Positions 38,623-52,102 of a stretch of DNA of 64,000 bases are shown here, piece after piece. The notes under the pieces were generated by a model. That model was not told the origin of the DNA, ran no database searches, and saw only the letters and a program-made list of their open reading frames with translations. Positions within the stretch are counted from its first letter, which is position 1. Every line of letters begins with the position of its first letter. Location: assembly GCA_030390025.1 (NCBI GenBank), contig CM059435.1, forward strand, positions 85,560,001 to 85,624,000, written 5' to 3'. Position numbers and translations under genes: made by a program. The DNA comes from Squalus acanthias. Taxonomy: Eukaryota.

Positions 38623-40619
38623 GGGACTCCCTGAAATGATGATGTCATAAATTGCACAACCTCCTCTGTGAAGTGCCTCACTCATTGAGAAAAGGAGGCA
38701 CATTGACAGCTTCTGTTAGCGAAACTGCTGACTAAAAGCAGAATTGTCTCTTTAAAGGAGTAAAAGTTAAACTACATAAACAGTTACTAATGAGAGGGAA
38801 CGAAGGATGACTGAAGGCATCGCCAAAGCTGCCCTTTACTGACAGGGCATTTGCAAAGTCTCCATCTATTGCCAAACATGCATCTATAAAGCTCCTTCTC
38901 AATGTCGGGAGGGCATCTATAAAGTGAGGACACACATTTTCTCACAGAAAAGCTTCCCCGGTGCCCATGTCGCACATGTAGTTTGAATCAATTTAATAAA
39001 TGTATTTATCTCTTTCCCGTGGACTATTTAATTTATTCGCCATCATTTATTCTTCCTCCCCCTGCTTCCCCATAAGTTTATGTCCTGGAAACTTAAGACG
39101 CCTCAAACCAAGTTAAGTGTGTGGTGAGGTTATAAATGTCAGTACCAGCCCAGTCTAACAGCAGCTTTGTGCCTGTGCTAGCCTTGAGCTCTTTCGTTCG
39201 GCTGTAAGCTTTGTTTCAAGGGAAGAGCATGACTTCCACTGGAGCTTCCCAGTGTTTAGTCTACAGTCCTCTGCCCCACCCCCAAACACAAGTGAACTTT
39301 TGTTCCATGCCAGCCAACCGGCAATCAAGCATTACGGCAGCATGACGGAGCTAGGGGCAGCACACCAGATGGGGCAAGAATGTGGAAAAACACAGCAGCA
39401 ATTCACATTGTTTTTCATCCTGCTGTAGGGATTTGGCTTAGCTTTTTAAGAGCAATTTCAGGTCAGTCTGATTTTTAAAAAAACTATAAAGGTGACTAAA
39501 GGAAACAAGGTGATTGCGCAGCAGATCTGACAAGGTCACTGCGTGGAGATGTTCAACACTGAAACTGGCTTCAGCACTGCTAGTTATCAGTAATGCTCTG
39601 GTGCCTAACATTGTATATTTATGGCCATTTATATTATAGCCCACTGACTAGAGCACTGCTGTAATGTAAATGAAAAGCACTGCTGTTTCTCCAACGAGCA
39701 GAGACCCATCTCAAGATAGGGTTCTCCTGCTCCTCATGATGCAGTAGTACTTCCAGGAGTGAATATAAATTATTCAGGCTTCAGCACACAGTTTATTCAT
39801 ATGAAAACAGAACAGCGCCCAGAAATGAATGTCACACATACATGAGACTGCCCATTTAAATCGGTTTCCCTTTGCTGCTGGTGCTGTGGAATCTGCCCAT
39901 AATGTAAATAGAACAGATTTCATACCACTGGAAGCCTCAGAGAATTACAAAACCATTCCTGCTTCAGAATAGGATGTTAGTCAAAGTCCAGCAAGAGACA
40001 GTTAGCTTTCTGTTGGTCTCTACATGCCAAACAAGGAACGTGCGTTTGTTTGTCATCTGACATCAGCTGGGAGACGAGATATGGCGGAGTGATTTTTAAA
40101 TGCCGGGTTCTCGCCTGAAAAATGGGCGGCCAGCAATTGAAAATCAGGATGCCCTTCAGCCACCCCATTGACACCCAAGGCCTGCCTGATGCAACTTGCA
40201 GACAGGTCTGTAAATAGGCGGGCAGCCTGCCTGCCTGAAACAGATGGGAGGCTGCTTAAATATGCAAATCAGGGTTGTAGAGCCCCTAAAGGCCGTTTTA
40301 AAATAAAGCAGCCCAGGAAACTTTTCTTTTTATGGTGGGCCCAAGAGGAGCAGGAGTCCGCCCCCCTCGGGATCACCTCCCCCAGACCTGACCTGCCAGC
40401 TGGATCAGTGTGGGAACTGGCCAATTTCCATGGGCCCTACAGCTCGCCAGTGGCTTGCTACTGAGGCTCAGGCCCCACATTGGTGGCGGTCGGCATGGCT
40501 GCTCCGCTGACTTTGTGCTTGTTTTGGGGCAAACCCTCCCCACCCCCGTGGACATTGATTTTCTTTGTAACTTTGTTGCTAAGTGTCAAGTCCTGATTTC
40601 TTGGCTAGTTACCCAAATT

Positions 40620-41080
40620 GAAAGAAAGACTTGCATATATACAGCACCTTTCACAACTTCAGGACGTTGCAAAGCGCTTTGTTGCCAATGAAGTACCTTT
40701 GAAGTGTTGTCACTGTTGTGATGTAGGGAATGCGGTAGCCAATTTGTGCATAGCAAGCTCCCACAAACAGCAACGTGAAATGACCAGATAATGTGTTTTT
40801 AATGATGTTGGTTGAGGGATGAATATTGGCCAGGACACCGGGAGAACTCCTCTACTTTTCTTCGATATAGTACCATGGGATTTTTTACATCCACCTGAGA
40901 GGGCAGATGGGGCTTCAGTTGAACAGCTCATCTGAAAGACGGCACCTCCAACAGTGCAGCAGTCCCTCAGCACTGCACTGGAGTGTCAGCCTAGATTGTG
41001 TGCTCAAGCCCCAGGAGTGAGACTTGAACCCACAACCTTCTGACTCAGAGGTGAGAGTGCTACCCACTGAGCCACGGCTG
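40620..41080 (-). mobile_element. tRNA-headed Deu-domain SINE, full length
   Basis: Reverse complement aligns by eye along 52103-52550; tggctcagtggg box A and ggttcaagtc box B present. Confidence 0.85.
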
Positions 41081-42962
41081 ATTGTCAGAGATGTATGAGC
41101 CAGCCTTGTGTCTCATCTGAGCTGATTCCAACAGAATCAAGATCATTTAAAACATATAGGTGATTTTGCAGGCAATTTCCTGGGTCGATGCAAAGCCATA
41201 GACGAACTCTAACAAATCGCAGGAAATAGCCGGCGATGAGAAATTAAGCCAGAAAAACTCCAGGAAGAATGCCCATTGTAACTTTGGACCCAGCTGCCCT
41301 CCCCTCTCTCGGGTTGAGCCACTGAGCCATCTTCGCTCCTGAGCTACCCTTCTCAACCAGGTTACTTATACTCATTTATTTATTTAAGTAACTGTGGTAT
41401 GTGAGCAAAACATTTAATTATTTACTTCAGTGGATATGGAAAACTTTATTCATTCATTTGGTTGTTTTTTTCCAGTCAAAAAGCACTTTTTTCGCTGCTT
41501 CTGAGCACATTTCTCTCACACTTCTTTCCAAGCAGTTTCATCAGAAATGTGCACCCCCTTACAACAGCATACCCCTCGCTCCCTGCGAGGAATGACATGG
41601 GGGTGCTGCTAGTAAATATAAAAGACAAATGCCCTTGTCATTTGTAGAAAATGGAGAATAGTATATGGCTGCTACGGAGCACTAGTGGCTGAAGAAGCAA
41701 GCTGGGAACAAAAGTACCTTTTTGGTACAGAGTACAGTGTGAAATTTGCATTATTAGTTCTTTTGAGAGACTGAAACTGAGCCGCCTGCCCCGCTACTAA
41801 ATTCAATTCTTTCAAAGGCTAATAAGCTTCATAACCTCATGCGGGTGAGTGGTGTTGAACAAACTTTCAAAAGTGCTTTGAGGCCTATTTACATCCTCTT
41901 CACTAATAAGCAAGGTTCCCTGTGGTTCATCTAGTTACCGGGACGCAGTGCTATTAACTCCCTACTGGAAGCATGTCTGCTATTTACCCGATCAGTAATT
42001 TGCCTTTATTGGCACCCTCTGTGTGTGCTTGTGCTCTCTCTTTCTCTTGCCTGCTCTCTCTGAAAGGCTATATATGGTAAGGGTATATGAGCACACTGCC
42101 CTTTGCTAAAGCTGCATTTTAAATAATTTGGCCCAATTCCATTAGCTGGTGCCTGGGTCTAGATAAACAGTGAATTTAGAACTTTTTACAGCAATAAACA
42201 GTTTTATTATGTCTATCACTTGATCTTATTTCCATTCCCAGAGCAGCATGTGAGAGGATTTCCATGCTTGCAGTCAAGACCCTGCAGTTTTGATGGCGAA
42301 GTATTAAATTAAATTAGCAGCAGGTAACTGGTGGATGCTTCTGAGTGCAGCTGAGCTTCATATATCAATCTAATTACCTACCTCAAGCCACATTATTTTA
42401 AAACTAGGAATTAGTGTAAATTGCAAACACATGCAGATTAATGTAAAGAAAGAAAGTTCTGTGGAAGACTTCGAACAATGAAAACTGTCAGAAGCTCCTG
42501 TGTGTGAAGTTTACATGGACAGGAATTTAAATTACAAGAAGTAAATTAACGGCCAATTTGCCTGGGCCTTGCGCCCCGGGGACTGAATATTCCCAGGTGC
42601 AAAGGTCAGTAAAGAGGGGCACTGCCCCTGTAACGCTGCCCCAGGATTTTCAAGGTTTTCTTGGGAGGGGGATGTGCAGAGCCTCGCCTGCACCCAAAGT
42701 AGATGCAGGCTAGATGAGGCCATTAAGGTGGAAGTGGACATTCTAGCCTCCTGTCTCATTTTGCAGATGACACCACTTTGCTGGGTGCCCCAGTGCAGAG
42801 GCGCTTAGAAAAAATGGTGCTTTGGCTGAACTGAATGGTCCATGGGGTTCTGAGGGATTAGGCTGAAGAATTTTGGATAAGGTACTTCTTGGAGTTTTAG
42901 GACCCTCCCAGAAGTTTGAACTTAAATTATTGCGGGCAGAGAGACAACGGTAGGTCTGAGCC

Positions 42963-43056
42963 ACGAAAGGTCATCGACCTGAAACGTTGACTCTGTTTCT
43001 CTCTCCAAGATGCAGCCTGACCTGCTGAGTATTTCCAGCATTTTCTGTTTATATTC
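42963..43056 (+). mobile_element. Half copy of the 2895-3024 family
   Basis: acgaaaggtcatcgacctgaaacgttgactctgtttctctctcca-agatgcagcctgacctgctgagtatttccagcattttctg. Confidence 0.75.
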
Positions 43057-44559
43057 CTGATTTTCTAGGCTCTATTGCTGGTGTTAGGCCTTGCTAGGAG
43101 GTACCAATGGGGCCTTTAAATAGTATAGGACAGGAAATGCAGGTGATTCCTGGGGCTGGACAGCTGCAGTGCACTTCTGGTGTGCTGTACGGGTTTAGCA
43201 CCCAGCTGGAGGGAGGAACATGCTTTGCTTTTTAAAAGTATATTTGTATCTTGTAGTGGGACTGACAGCTTTGTTTCAGTAGGCAAAGATTTCCTTTTGT
43301 TATATAAACACATGATTTAATTTGAATTGAAATGGTATTGCACAGTGTATTCGCCATCACTGTTGTATTCACACTCTCACTGCCAGATGGCAATGAGCTC
43401 CCTTGAAGAACTGGTGTCTTGGAGGGAATGGCTGGCTTTCTTGCATGGAGTTACAAGATAGATTTACATGAAGAAAGCCCTTCAGCCCATTTGATCTCAT
43501 CCTTTCAGGACACTAATCCTACCTTTTCACATTACAGCATTTAGCTGTTTCTTAAAGAAGTCTAGTGTTCTGTCCTCCATCATCCTTCCTACAAGTGTTA
43601 GTGTATTGTGGTGTCATTGTAAAGCATTTACTCCACGTTTATTACTTTGATGTAGGCCTCACTGGGGACAAGTAAGGAAGTCCAGGTCCCGAGTGCACTC
43701 ACTAGGGACAACATTTTTGGTTGGTCCATTTATGCACGTGAATTTAGGAGGCCTGCTTGTGACAGGCCACGTCATGGACAGCCTCAAGTTGATACGCAAC
43801 TAACAGTGGCAGAAAGTAAAATCTGATTGTTTACTTCTAACAGTCTTTTGCCCCAACATCCAACCAATCTGGTTGATAATGACAGCATGGAGTTGAGAAG
43901 GCAGCAAGGTCCATTAAATATTTAATAAAATAATTCGATGTTACTGCAATGTGGTTAATGGAACCTTTTTTATACGTATTAAAAATGACAAAATGTTCTG
44001 TAGGGCATTTAAGCCTGACTTTTATGTCAGGGATACTGCTTTACAATTAACCTCCACGCACACATATTCCAGCTTGTTCCCTCCAGCCATTTCAGATTAT
44101 AACTAATCACCGAGTCATAGGGCGGCCCTCTGAAAGAGCAAGCCACTTCCCTGCCCTTTCCCATACCCTTTTATATTTTTCTTTTTCAAAAATATGCTCA
44201 CTTCCTTTTTAAAAGCTATTAGGGATTTTGCTTCCTCCACGGTTTCCGTGTCTTAATAACCCTCTGCATCAAAAAAAAATTGAATTTCTCCCTGCACTCT
44301 TTTGGTGATGATCTTAAGTTTGTGCCCTCTAGTTACCGACTCACTTACCGATGGAAATAGTGGGGATGATAGTGCAAAACTGCTGATAGCGAATTGGCAG
44401 CACGTTTTACACCCCGCCTGACTTCTTTATCCAATGTAAAGGAAAATCGGACAGGGTGTAAAAGGGGCTGCCAACTCGCTAACACCCATTTTGTGCTTTT
44501 GCTGAAGATCAATTTTAAGCAACTTACCTGAATATGGAGCTGGGCAGAGCAGGAGTGAG

Positions 44560-45300
44560 GAGAAGGTAGGACCATGGTCTTGACAAGGTCTGTGCGGTGG
44601 TCACTCCTGCCAATGCTATCATAGACAGGCGTGTCCGACAGGTAGGTTGGTGAGGACCAAGTCAAGGATATGTTGGTTCCTTTGCCACCTGACACAGACC
44701 CAGTCTGGCAGCTTTGCCCTTCAGACTTTGGCCAGTTCAATCACTTGTGGCACTGCGAAACGGGGAGACGTACTGAATTGTCAGTTAGGAGTGGGGGAGG
44801 GGTGGGGTGTAGTCGACAGTGAGCAGCAGGTTTCCTTGGCCTTGTTTGGCCTGGAGCCATAAGACTTCATGGGATCTGCAGTCAATGTTGAGAACTTTAT
44901 GGGCCAAGCCCAACTGTGCGCCCACTACTGGTGGGTCTGTCCTGCAGGTGGAGCAGGACATGCAGAGGGATGGTGGTGGAGAATCTCAGATATTGGCTGA
45001 TAGGTATGACTCTGTGCATACTGCTATTGCTGTTGCTTGACTAGTGTATGGGAAGCTCTCTCAACTTGAATGGCAGATGTTAGTGAGGAGGAATTTGCAG
45101 AGCTCTCTGGGCTGAGATTGCTGGAGTTTTGCCCTGATCCGTGCCTGGGTCATTGCCAATAGGTCTATCCGATATTTCTCTTATGGTTGTGTTCTATAGC
45201 GGTTGCTTATCAGTTCAGGGGGCATTAAGAGTCAATATTGTGGTACTGGCCAGGTAGGGGTGGCAAGCCCGCTTTCCTGACGGACATTAGGGAACTAGTT
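44560..45300 (-). mobile_element. LINE endonuclease/5' fragment, degraded
   Basis: Minus-strand VYDSIGRSDHRT, the SDH motif of the APE domain, with flanking decayed sequence. Confidence 0.6.
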
Positions 45301-45639
45301 TGTGTGATATTTCCATGGTCCCAGCAGCCCAGGATTCTGCACAACATTTGATTATTTTTATCTCTTATTCTTATAACCTTCAATCCCATTCTGAAATAGA
45401 TGTGCTGCTGTACGTGTGTTGGACTAAGTGCTAGCCTTTCAGATCTGTACTGTACATGACAGGGTGACAGCTGCCTCCCTTAATACAGTCTCCGTTTAAT
45501 GCTTTGATCTGCTTTTAGAACTGGAAATGATTAAAAAGGCATCACCACCACCTTTGGGAGTTTGGGACAGGCCCAGCTCCTGGAATAGCCGCATGATAAA
45601 ACTCCTTTGTGGTTGCAAAGCAGGGTGAAGTTTTGAACT

Positions 45640-46000
45640 CTCTAATTTTCTCCATTCTCCCCCCCCTTGCTGGGCTATTGTTCTACAGCCACTAGCCACA
45701 CTCCCAACACCTTATCCAAAGGACCATCATTCATGCATGACCTTTGACAGCAAGTATAGGCAGGCTAATCAACTGTGGAGGACATCATAACTGAGCCTAA
45801 CCCTGTCCTCAGCCAACATTAACACAGAAATATTTCCAGCAGGGATGGCTCAATAATCAATCAAATGTGGGAAGCCTGGATGATTTTCTTTGCGCTTGTT
45901 GCGGTCAGTTGTGGCACCTGTATTGCCACCCTGGCTGAGACCAGCTCTCAGCAGAGTCCGAGGATCGAACCCATGTCCTTCCTGGACTCTATGGTTCAGA
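45640..46000 (-). mobile_element. Second SINE family copy
   Basis: ccctggctgagaccagctctcagc...ggatcgaaccc and cctgtcctcagccaac are reverse-complement matches to the 38233 copy. Confidence 0.6.
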
Positions 46001-47126
46001 GATTACTTTATAGCCCTGACCCATCTTAAGCGTGCAGGGTCAGTTTATAACCAATGTTTATCATGTTGGCATGACTAGCGGCATGGATGCATCAGTTCAT
46101 TGCATATATACAAAGACAACTGAAGATCTTTCCGAAGAATCTTTCTCCAACCATGATGGCCCTTTAAAGAGAACAAGGCTCTATCCTTCCTCCCTCTTAA
46201 GCATATTTATTAAATAATACTTGCCTCTTTTCTGCCTCCACTATGTTTACCCTTTTTAAGAATTAAATAAAAACAGTGCCGCTGGGATCACGCTCACTGC
46301 GGAACTCCACTGCTGACCCCACCAAAGTTTGCAGGCCCAGAGGAGGGGTCTCTAGGAGTGCGGCTTCGCTGTTGTGGGCGTTTCTGCTGCGCCCACCCTG
46401 ACTGAAGGCTCATGAAACATGGGTGGAAGTTGGCTCCTCTGCCATGAATCATGGTTCTAGGGGCCACTTTAAGAATTGAAGAAAAAATTCACCCCCCCGC
46501 CCCCCTATTACTTATTCTGGGGTCCAGCCTCTGAACTCGAACTGGAACCGGGGCCCACTTTTCGTCCTTCAGGAGGCCGATTTGCTTCATCTCACTTAAT
46601 GTACTGACCTCCAGACTTACTCCAGGTCCCTTTGAGGCCAAGGACGTGGAGTCCCCATCCTCGGCCCTGTCCTCTTCATCAATGGGCTTGTTTGGCGTGG
46701 GCATAGGCTTCACCTCCAAACAAGGCCATTGGGAATTCCAGTGCAAGGCCTGGACCTGGCAATTCTGGGTCCCAGCAAAGTTTGTGCCCATTCCACCAAA
46801 CTCTTACTGGAATGGAATAACTGAGCAATATGTTTTAAAACATATATAAATGTGGATATCTCTTTTGTGAATAATTTTTGAGCGGCTCGAGGTTAGGGTA
46901 CTGTAAAGCCTTTTACAGTGCAGTCTCGTCCATTACTGTGATGCTTGACCAGAATTGTGTGCGATATGACACAATCGTGATGTGGTGACGTTGCACCCCT
47001 GATTGGGTCTTGCCTTCAGATATCTTTGTTTAACTTTGCATGCAAGGTCTGAGAGACTTGGGTAAAGGGAGGAAATAATTGCAGCATATCTTTTTGTTGG
47101 CCACAAACTTGGGGGATTTTGGAGAT

Positions 47127-47825
47127 GGGGGAAAAATTGGGTTGCTTTGCGCCTCCCGTTAGTGCCCCGAGGGGCACTAACTGGGTGCAAAGCACCTAGC
47201 ACCTGGGCGCGGTGCCGCTAACGCCTCCCGTGAAATTTAGCGGGAGGGTAGCGGCGGTGGTAGCCAGTAGCGCCCCAGGCGCTGCGCCTCCGGCAATTAC
47301 GTCATCGCCGTGCGCAGCGCCCCGGCTGCAAACTTCACTCGTGCCCCCTGACCGACCGCCGGACACTATGCCAGGGTGGAGCAAATTAAAGGGCAGGTGC
47401 CGGGCAGCCATTTTTTTCTGGGCCGCCTGCCCCCTTTCGCCTCCTCCTGCGGGATGCTGGCCGCGATCGGTCAGAACGGCACTCCTCTTGAGTGCCGGGC
47501 TCTTTTGCTGGCACCATGCTCCCTGGTTGTCCAGCAGGGCCCCAGTGCGCGCTGTGCTGGGCCCCTCCCCTTTAACCAGGGGAGGGAGGCCTGTAGTACC
47601 GTGGCGCTATGTGCTGACGCGTGTGGCGCTGCTACACGTGGCGCCACGATATTCAATGGAAGCGCCCCAAGAGGGAGGGGGCGCGCTTCCAGTAGCACCC
47701 CGCCTCCTGCTTGGGGCGCTACCATTCAATTTCGGGCGCGGGGGCGCTAACTTTTTCGGGGCCCTAAAAGTAGCGCCCCGGCGAAGTTAGCGCCCCCAAA
47801 GGGGGTGCGACCCAATTTTTCCCCC
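47127..47825. mobile_element. CpG-rich MITE, 699 bp
   Basis: Perfect 16-bp TIR GGGGGAAAAATTGGGT / ACCCAATTTTTCCCCC; reverse complement aligns along 28296-29033. No clean TSD (GAT / TTA). Confidence 0.85.
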
Positions 47826-50800
47826 TTAGGACCTTAGCTTGCAAAATGAGAGTTCCTTTGAAAAATAACATGTTAGGATGGGAAAAATCTCATGTTAACA
47901 AGGATGAGTGAGCTCTCTATTCATTCAACAGTTGGCAGTGATACCGAGGATGGGGAGGGAGATTTTAGTGGCTGACTAGCCGAGCAGGCAGCTCATCAGC
48001 TTTGGCTCACAAGAATGTTGGCCAGCTAGAATGGCGGCGGCACTTGCAGATAGGTCCTGGGAGACGGGAGGCAAGGCCGAGGGGGCCGCGCCTTGGCCAG
48101 CAGCAGCCCGCAGTATTTTTGTAGGACCCGGAGGAACAGTCCTGCACAAAAATAATGTGAAACTAATCTTTCCACGGCCTCTTCAGCCTGGCCCGCCGAC
48201 TGTTACTGGTCGGAGTGCGCACAGCGCATGCTCTGCCCAGTCCAGCCCAAAAATGGCAATGGGGGTCCTATGTACGTCATAGGACCCTGATTAGCATTAT
48301 AAATGGGCCTACTGCCTGACTCACACGGCCGCTCCAGTCGCCCAGTGGTGGGGTGGGGGGGAACATTGCCATCGTCACAGTAACGGCAGCAATGGGGCAA
48401 GAGTTCATTGCCTACCATTTTTGGGTGCTACTGCCCTGTTTCCACTCAGCAGGAGCCCTGAAAATTCATCTGGTAATCTCTTGCCCACAGAATGTGATTT
48501 TTTTTTAAGGCAAATCTTTGGACTCACCAGCTGCTGCCAGAGAGGCTGAGATCCTGACAGACTGCCTTTTATTCTGTGCCTTACCACAGCAGTGTGGTGG
48601 AGATTGGGAACTCCAAGCGGTGGGTGGAGTTGGATGTAGAACTGAACCTGTGTGTTGATGCTGCAACAACCTGGGCCACTCAACTGCGATATCCTTTATA
48701 ATGGTAGAGTAGGTCTGTTATCATTCCACGTAATCAAAAATAAGCAATGTTTAAACAGCTGCTGTATCGAACAGAAAAACTGAATAAATAGTGGTGTTCC
48801 TGCCAGCATCAGGAACACACAGCCCTGCCCTCATATTGCAGTCATCCTGGTGTGATAGGTATTTGACTCACCCACCTCACACCATGACTGTGCAGGAGTC
48901 AACACTGAGGTGCGCACTATTACAGATCACTTCAGCTGCTGTAGCAGAAGTAGAATGGGCCACTGTATATTTTTTTTAAACTGATAGGGGCTGTAGCTAT
49001 TTGGCAGTACCCTCACCACCTGCCTGGCTGGATTTCAAAACACATAGTTACTGTGATCTCATCTGCATGAGGGATAGAGAGATTAGTGTGGCATTTCCTG
49101 CTGAGGGGCATACTTCACATTTAGTGCCCAGGCTTCCCATGGTTCATTTAGGCCAGACAAATAAACAAGCCACAATGGGCTATGTGCCAGAACGCAAGTG
49201 TGTCCGTTCCAGTCGGTCACCTGAACAACCTTGAGCTTTAGGAGATTCTGTTCAATCTGTAAAAGCGATTTGATCTTACTTCAGTCCTAAAATTCAAGTG
49301 ACAGGTGTGAAGAGTCACGCTGTAGGAGGGAAAATGTAAATGAAAAGAAACCAGCGGAGAATGTGTCCTCGCACGCTGTCCGAGCAGCCCAGGCATGGGT
49401 CTCCACCACTCCCTCCCATTTATTGTAGGGAGCTCAGGTTGTTAGGCCAGGCTTCCTGATTTTGCCCCGTCTTCCACTGCAATCCAGCCCATACTTTCCA
49501 ATACAAGGGACTGAGGGTTGACATACACGACAGAATGCATCAGAGTGATAGGGCGCTGGTTCTTAGCCACGATTCCTTGCATGGCAATGTGATGTAGCAG
49601 GGCGCACTTTCCCAGTGGAAAGTGGAGGCAGGAGAAAACTGAATTTCTCTCTTTCCTTATTGGTTTACTAGGTGGAATTTGTGAGGCATGGGGGGGGGTG
49701 GGGGGGAAGGGAAGGGAAGGGGGATTTTAAGCCGCCCTGCCCGGTGGGAATGGGGCGGGGGCTCCTTTAAAATGGAGCACACAGCCTTACTGCCCCACTG
49801 AAATCCCACTGGCCACCATCTCAACTGCTCACTGAAGTTCAGTGGCACAGGCGCCTGCTGGGAGCAGATGGGAGCCTCATAAATTTATGCAAATGGAGTC
49901 CCATTACGTCACTCCCGACTGCATTGTAATTCGGGTCTGAGGGGGGAAGTCACTATGGCTTTCCCGCCAGGTGAAGGCGGGTCAGAAGCTGTCAGGAGGA
50001 TGAAGGGTCCTCCAAAGTGAAAACCTTTCCTTTGTGGGGCCAGGTGGGTCTCACAAAGAAAGTCAGGGCCTCCCTTCCCCCGGACTCCGCACCCGACCCC
50101 CCCCCCCCCCCGCACCCGACAGCACCCCCGCAACTTGAAGGTGGCACTTCCTTTGGTGCCAGCTGGTGGCATCTGACCACCTGAACTGGGAGTTAAAATT
50201 GACCCCCAATTGGTACCTGCACTCTCTCAGTCATTGAATCAGATGAGGGGGACAGTTAATCATCTACATCTCAGTTTGTTGAAAGGAATGTGCTTGCTAT
50301 GGTTGGGTCCTGCTGGAATATACTGTATCACCGTAGTCCCCATCAGTAGTGGTGCTCTAAGCAACACAGTTTGAATTGTCGAGAATGAACAGACTGATCT
50401 ATTGGATCAGCTTTGTTAAGGGCTATGACGTAACTGCCAGTCGCAACACTGCACATTTTGTAACAGATGAGGTCACCCAGCACCCAGTGTCCTATAGGCT
50501 CTGTGGCTTCACAAGACACTTTGGGTCAGTTGCACATTAAAATCCAGAGTAATGTGTAGTCCACAGAGGTAGGGGCACTCAGCATAACATATCAACCGTT
50601 GTCTGATAACGCTCCTGTGAAGCACCTTGGAATGTTTTACTACATTAAAGGTGCTATATCGATACAAGTTGTTGTTGTTGTCCTGCCCCCAGGATTGGTT
50701 TGGACGGGGGGTGATTTGCCGTGCTGTAATTCTGTCATTGCAGACGGTTATTTTTGGTGGCAGTGGTCAGACTTTTCTTGCAACTTGTACTGTCTCTATC

Positions 50801-51544
50801 CTCTGAGCTCTGAGGCAGAGAAGCATACTGCTGCACATTCTCATGAAGGTATTCTGAAAAATCTACACGATTAGACACTCCAGATATCCCGGGTAAAACA
50901 GAAATGTTAAATGATAACGTCCTCTTATGTAAATATTTATCGTGCAGCATCTTTAATTCCGAGTACATGGGGTTTTGTAGACTTCTATCAATACAATTCA
51001 CAATTTATTTTTATCAGGAATTACAGCACCAGTGTGAGCGATGATTGCATTTGAGGACTGCAGTAGTACTGGTTCAGTGGTTCTATTTCATAGACTTCAT
51101 CATGATGCACTGAATCTATAGAGTGCCAGACCAAATCAGCTCGGTGCTCTCTCTGCTCCCCATGGTATTGAAACACCTCTCCTGACACTGTTTCGTGACT
51201 GAGAAAGGGCAAGTTGCCAGTCATGCCAATCCCATTTTGTGACCAGTGGTTGTTGTGAGGTGCACAGTTGAGGCTCAATTCAGCCGGGTAAGATCTGCAC
51301 GTGCTCCCACCCTTGCTCTTCCTCCTGTGCTGTGATTTTTCTTCACATCCGCCAGCCCCATTTCTTCTATATAGCAAAAGTTACTGTACAGAGTAAATGG
51401 CCGCCAGGGGTAGTTATTAAGCAAAGCCAGTCAGGAGAAGGGGTAGTTACTGAAAGGAATGGGGGAGTTACTAACCAGAATTTGTGGAGCTCCCAATGGG
51501 ACATATCGGCAAAACACAATGCAGCATCAGACATCATTTTTAAT

Positions 51545-51706
51545 GATGCGGAGATGCCGGTGTTGGACTGGGGTGGACAAAAGTGAGAAGTCGCACAACA
51601 CCAGGTTATAGTCCAACAGCTTGATTTGAAATCACAAGGAGCAGCGCTCCGAAAGCTTGTGATTTCAAATCAAGCTATTGGACTATAACCTGGTGTTGTG
51701 CGACTT
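51545..51706. mobile_element. 162-bp fold-back insertion (Penelope-type) with 12-bp TSD
   Basis: Arms 51588-51638 and 51656-51706 are 50/51 complementary; ATCATTTTTAAT is duplicated at 51533-51544 and 51707-51718. Confidence 0.85.
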
Positions 51707-52102
51707 ATCATTTTTAATAACATTATCAGGACTTCATAAAAGCCCAACCACCCCGAGTTATTTCTTTGAAGGAAACAACAATGCTGCAGAGTAGGAAAAA
51801 TGAACTAGTTGCATAGTCTTGACCAATAAAAGCTCGGCATTGCCGTCATCTATGTGGTGAATGCCAGAAAGCTGGAGTGTGCAGGTCATTGCGGGGGAGC
51901 AGAACACATCACTTTCAGCACCGAAACCGAGCTGTAAACAGCAAACATTGTGGGATGGTTGCAGTTTTGGGTTTCAGCTTGTAGGAGCCGATAGTGAGCT
52001 GCGGATATTCACTTGCAGCTTCTGTTGGACAAAATGGAGTCTTGCAGAAGTGCCATCCTCACCAGAGCTGCACATACTCTCTCAGGGGATGAAGATTTGC
52101 TT

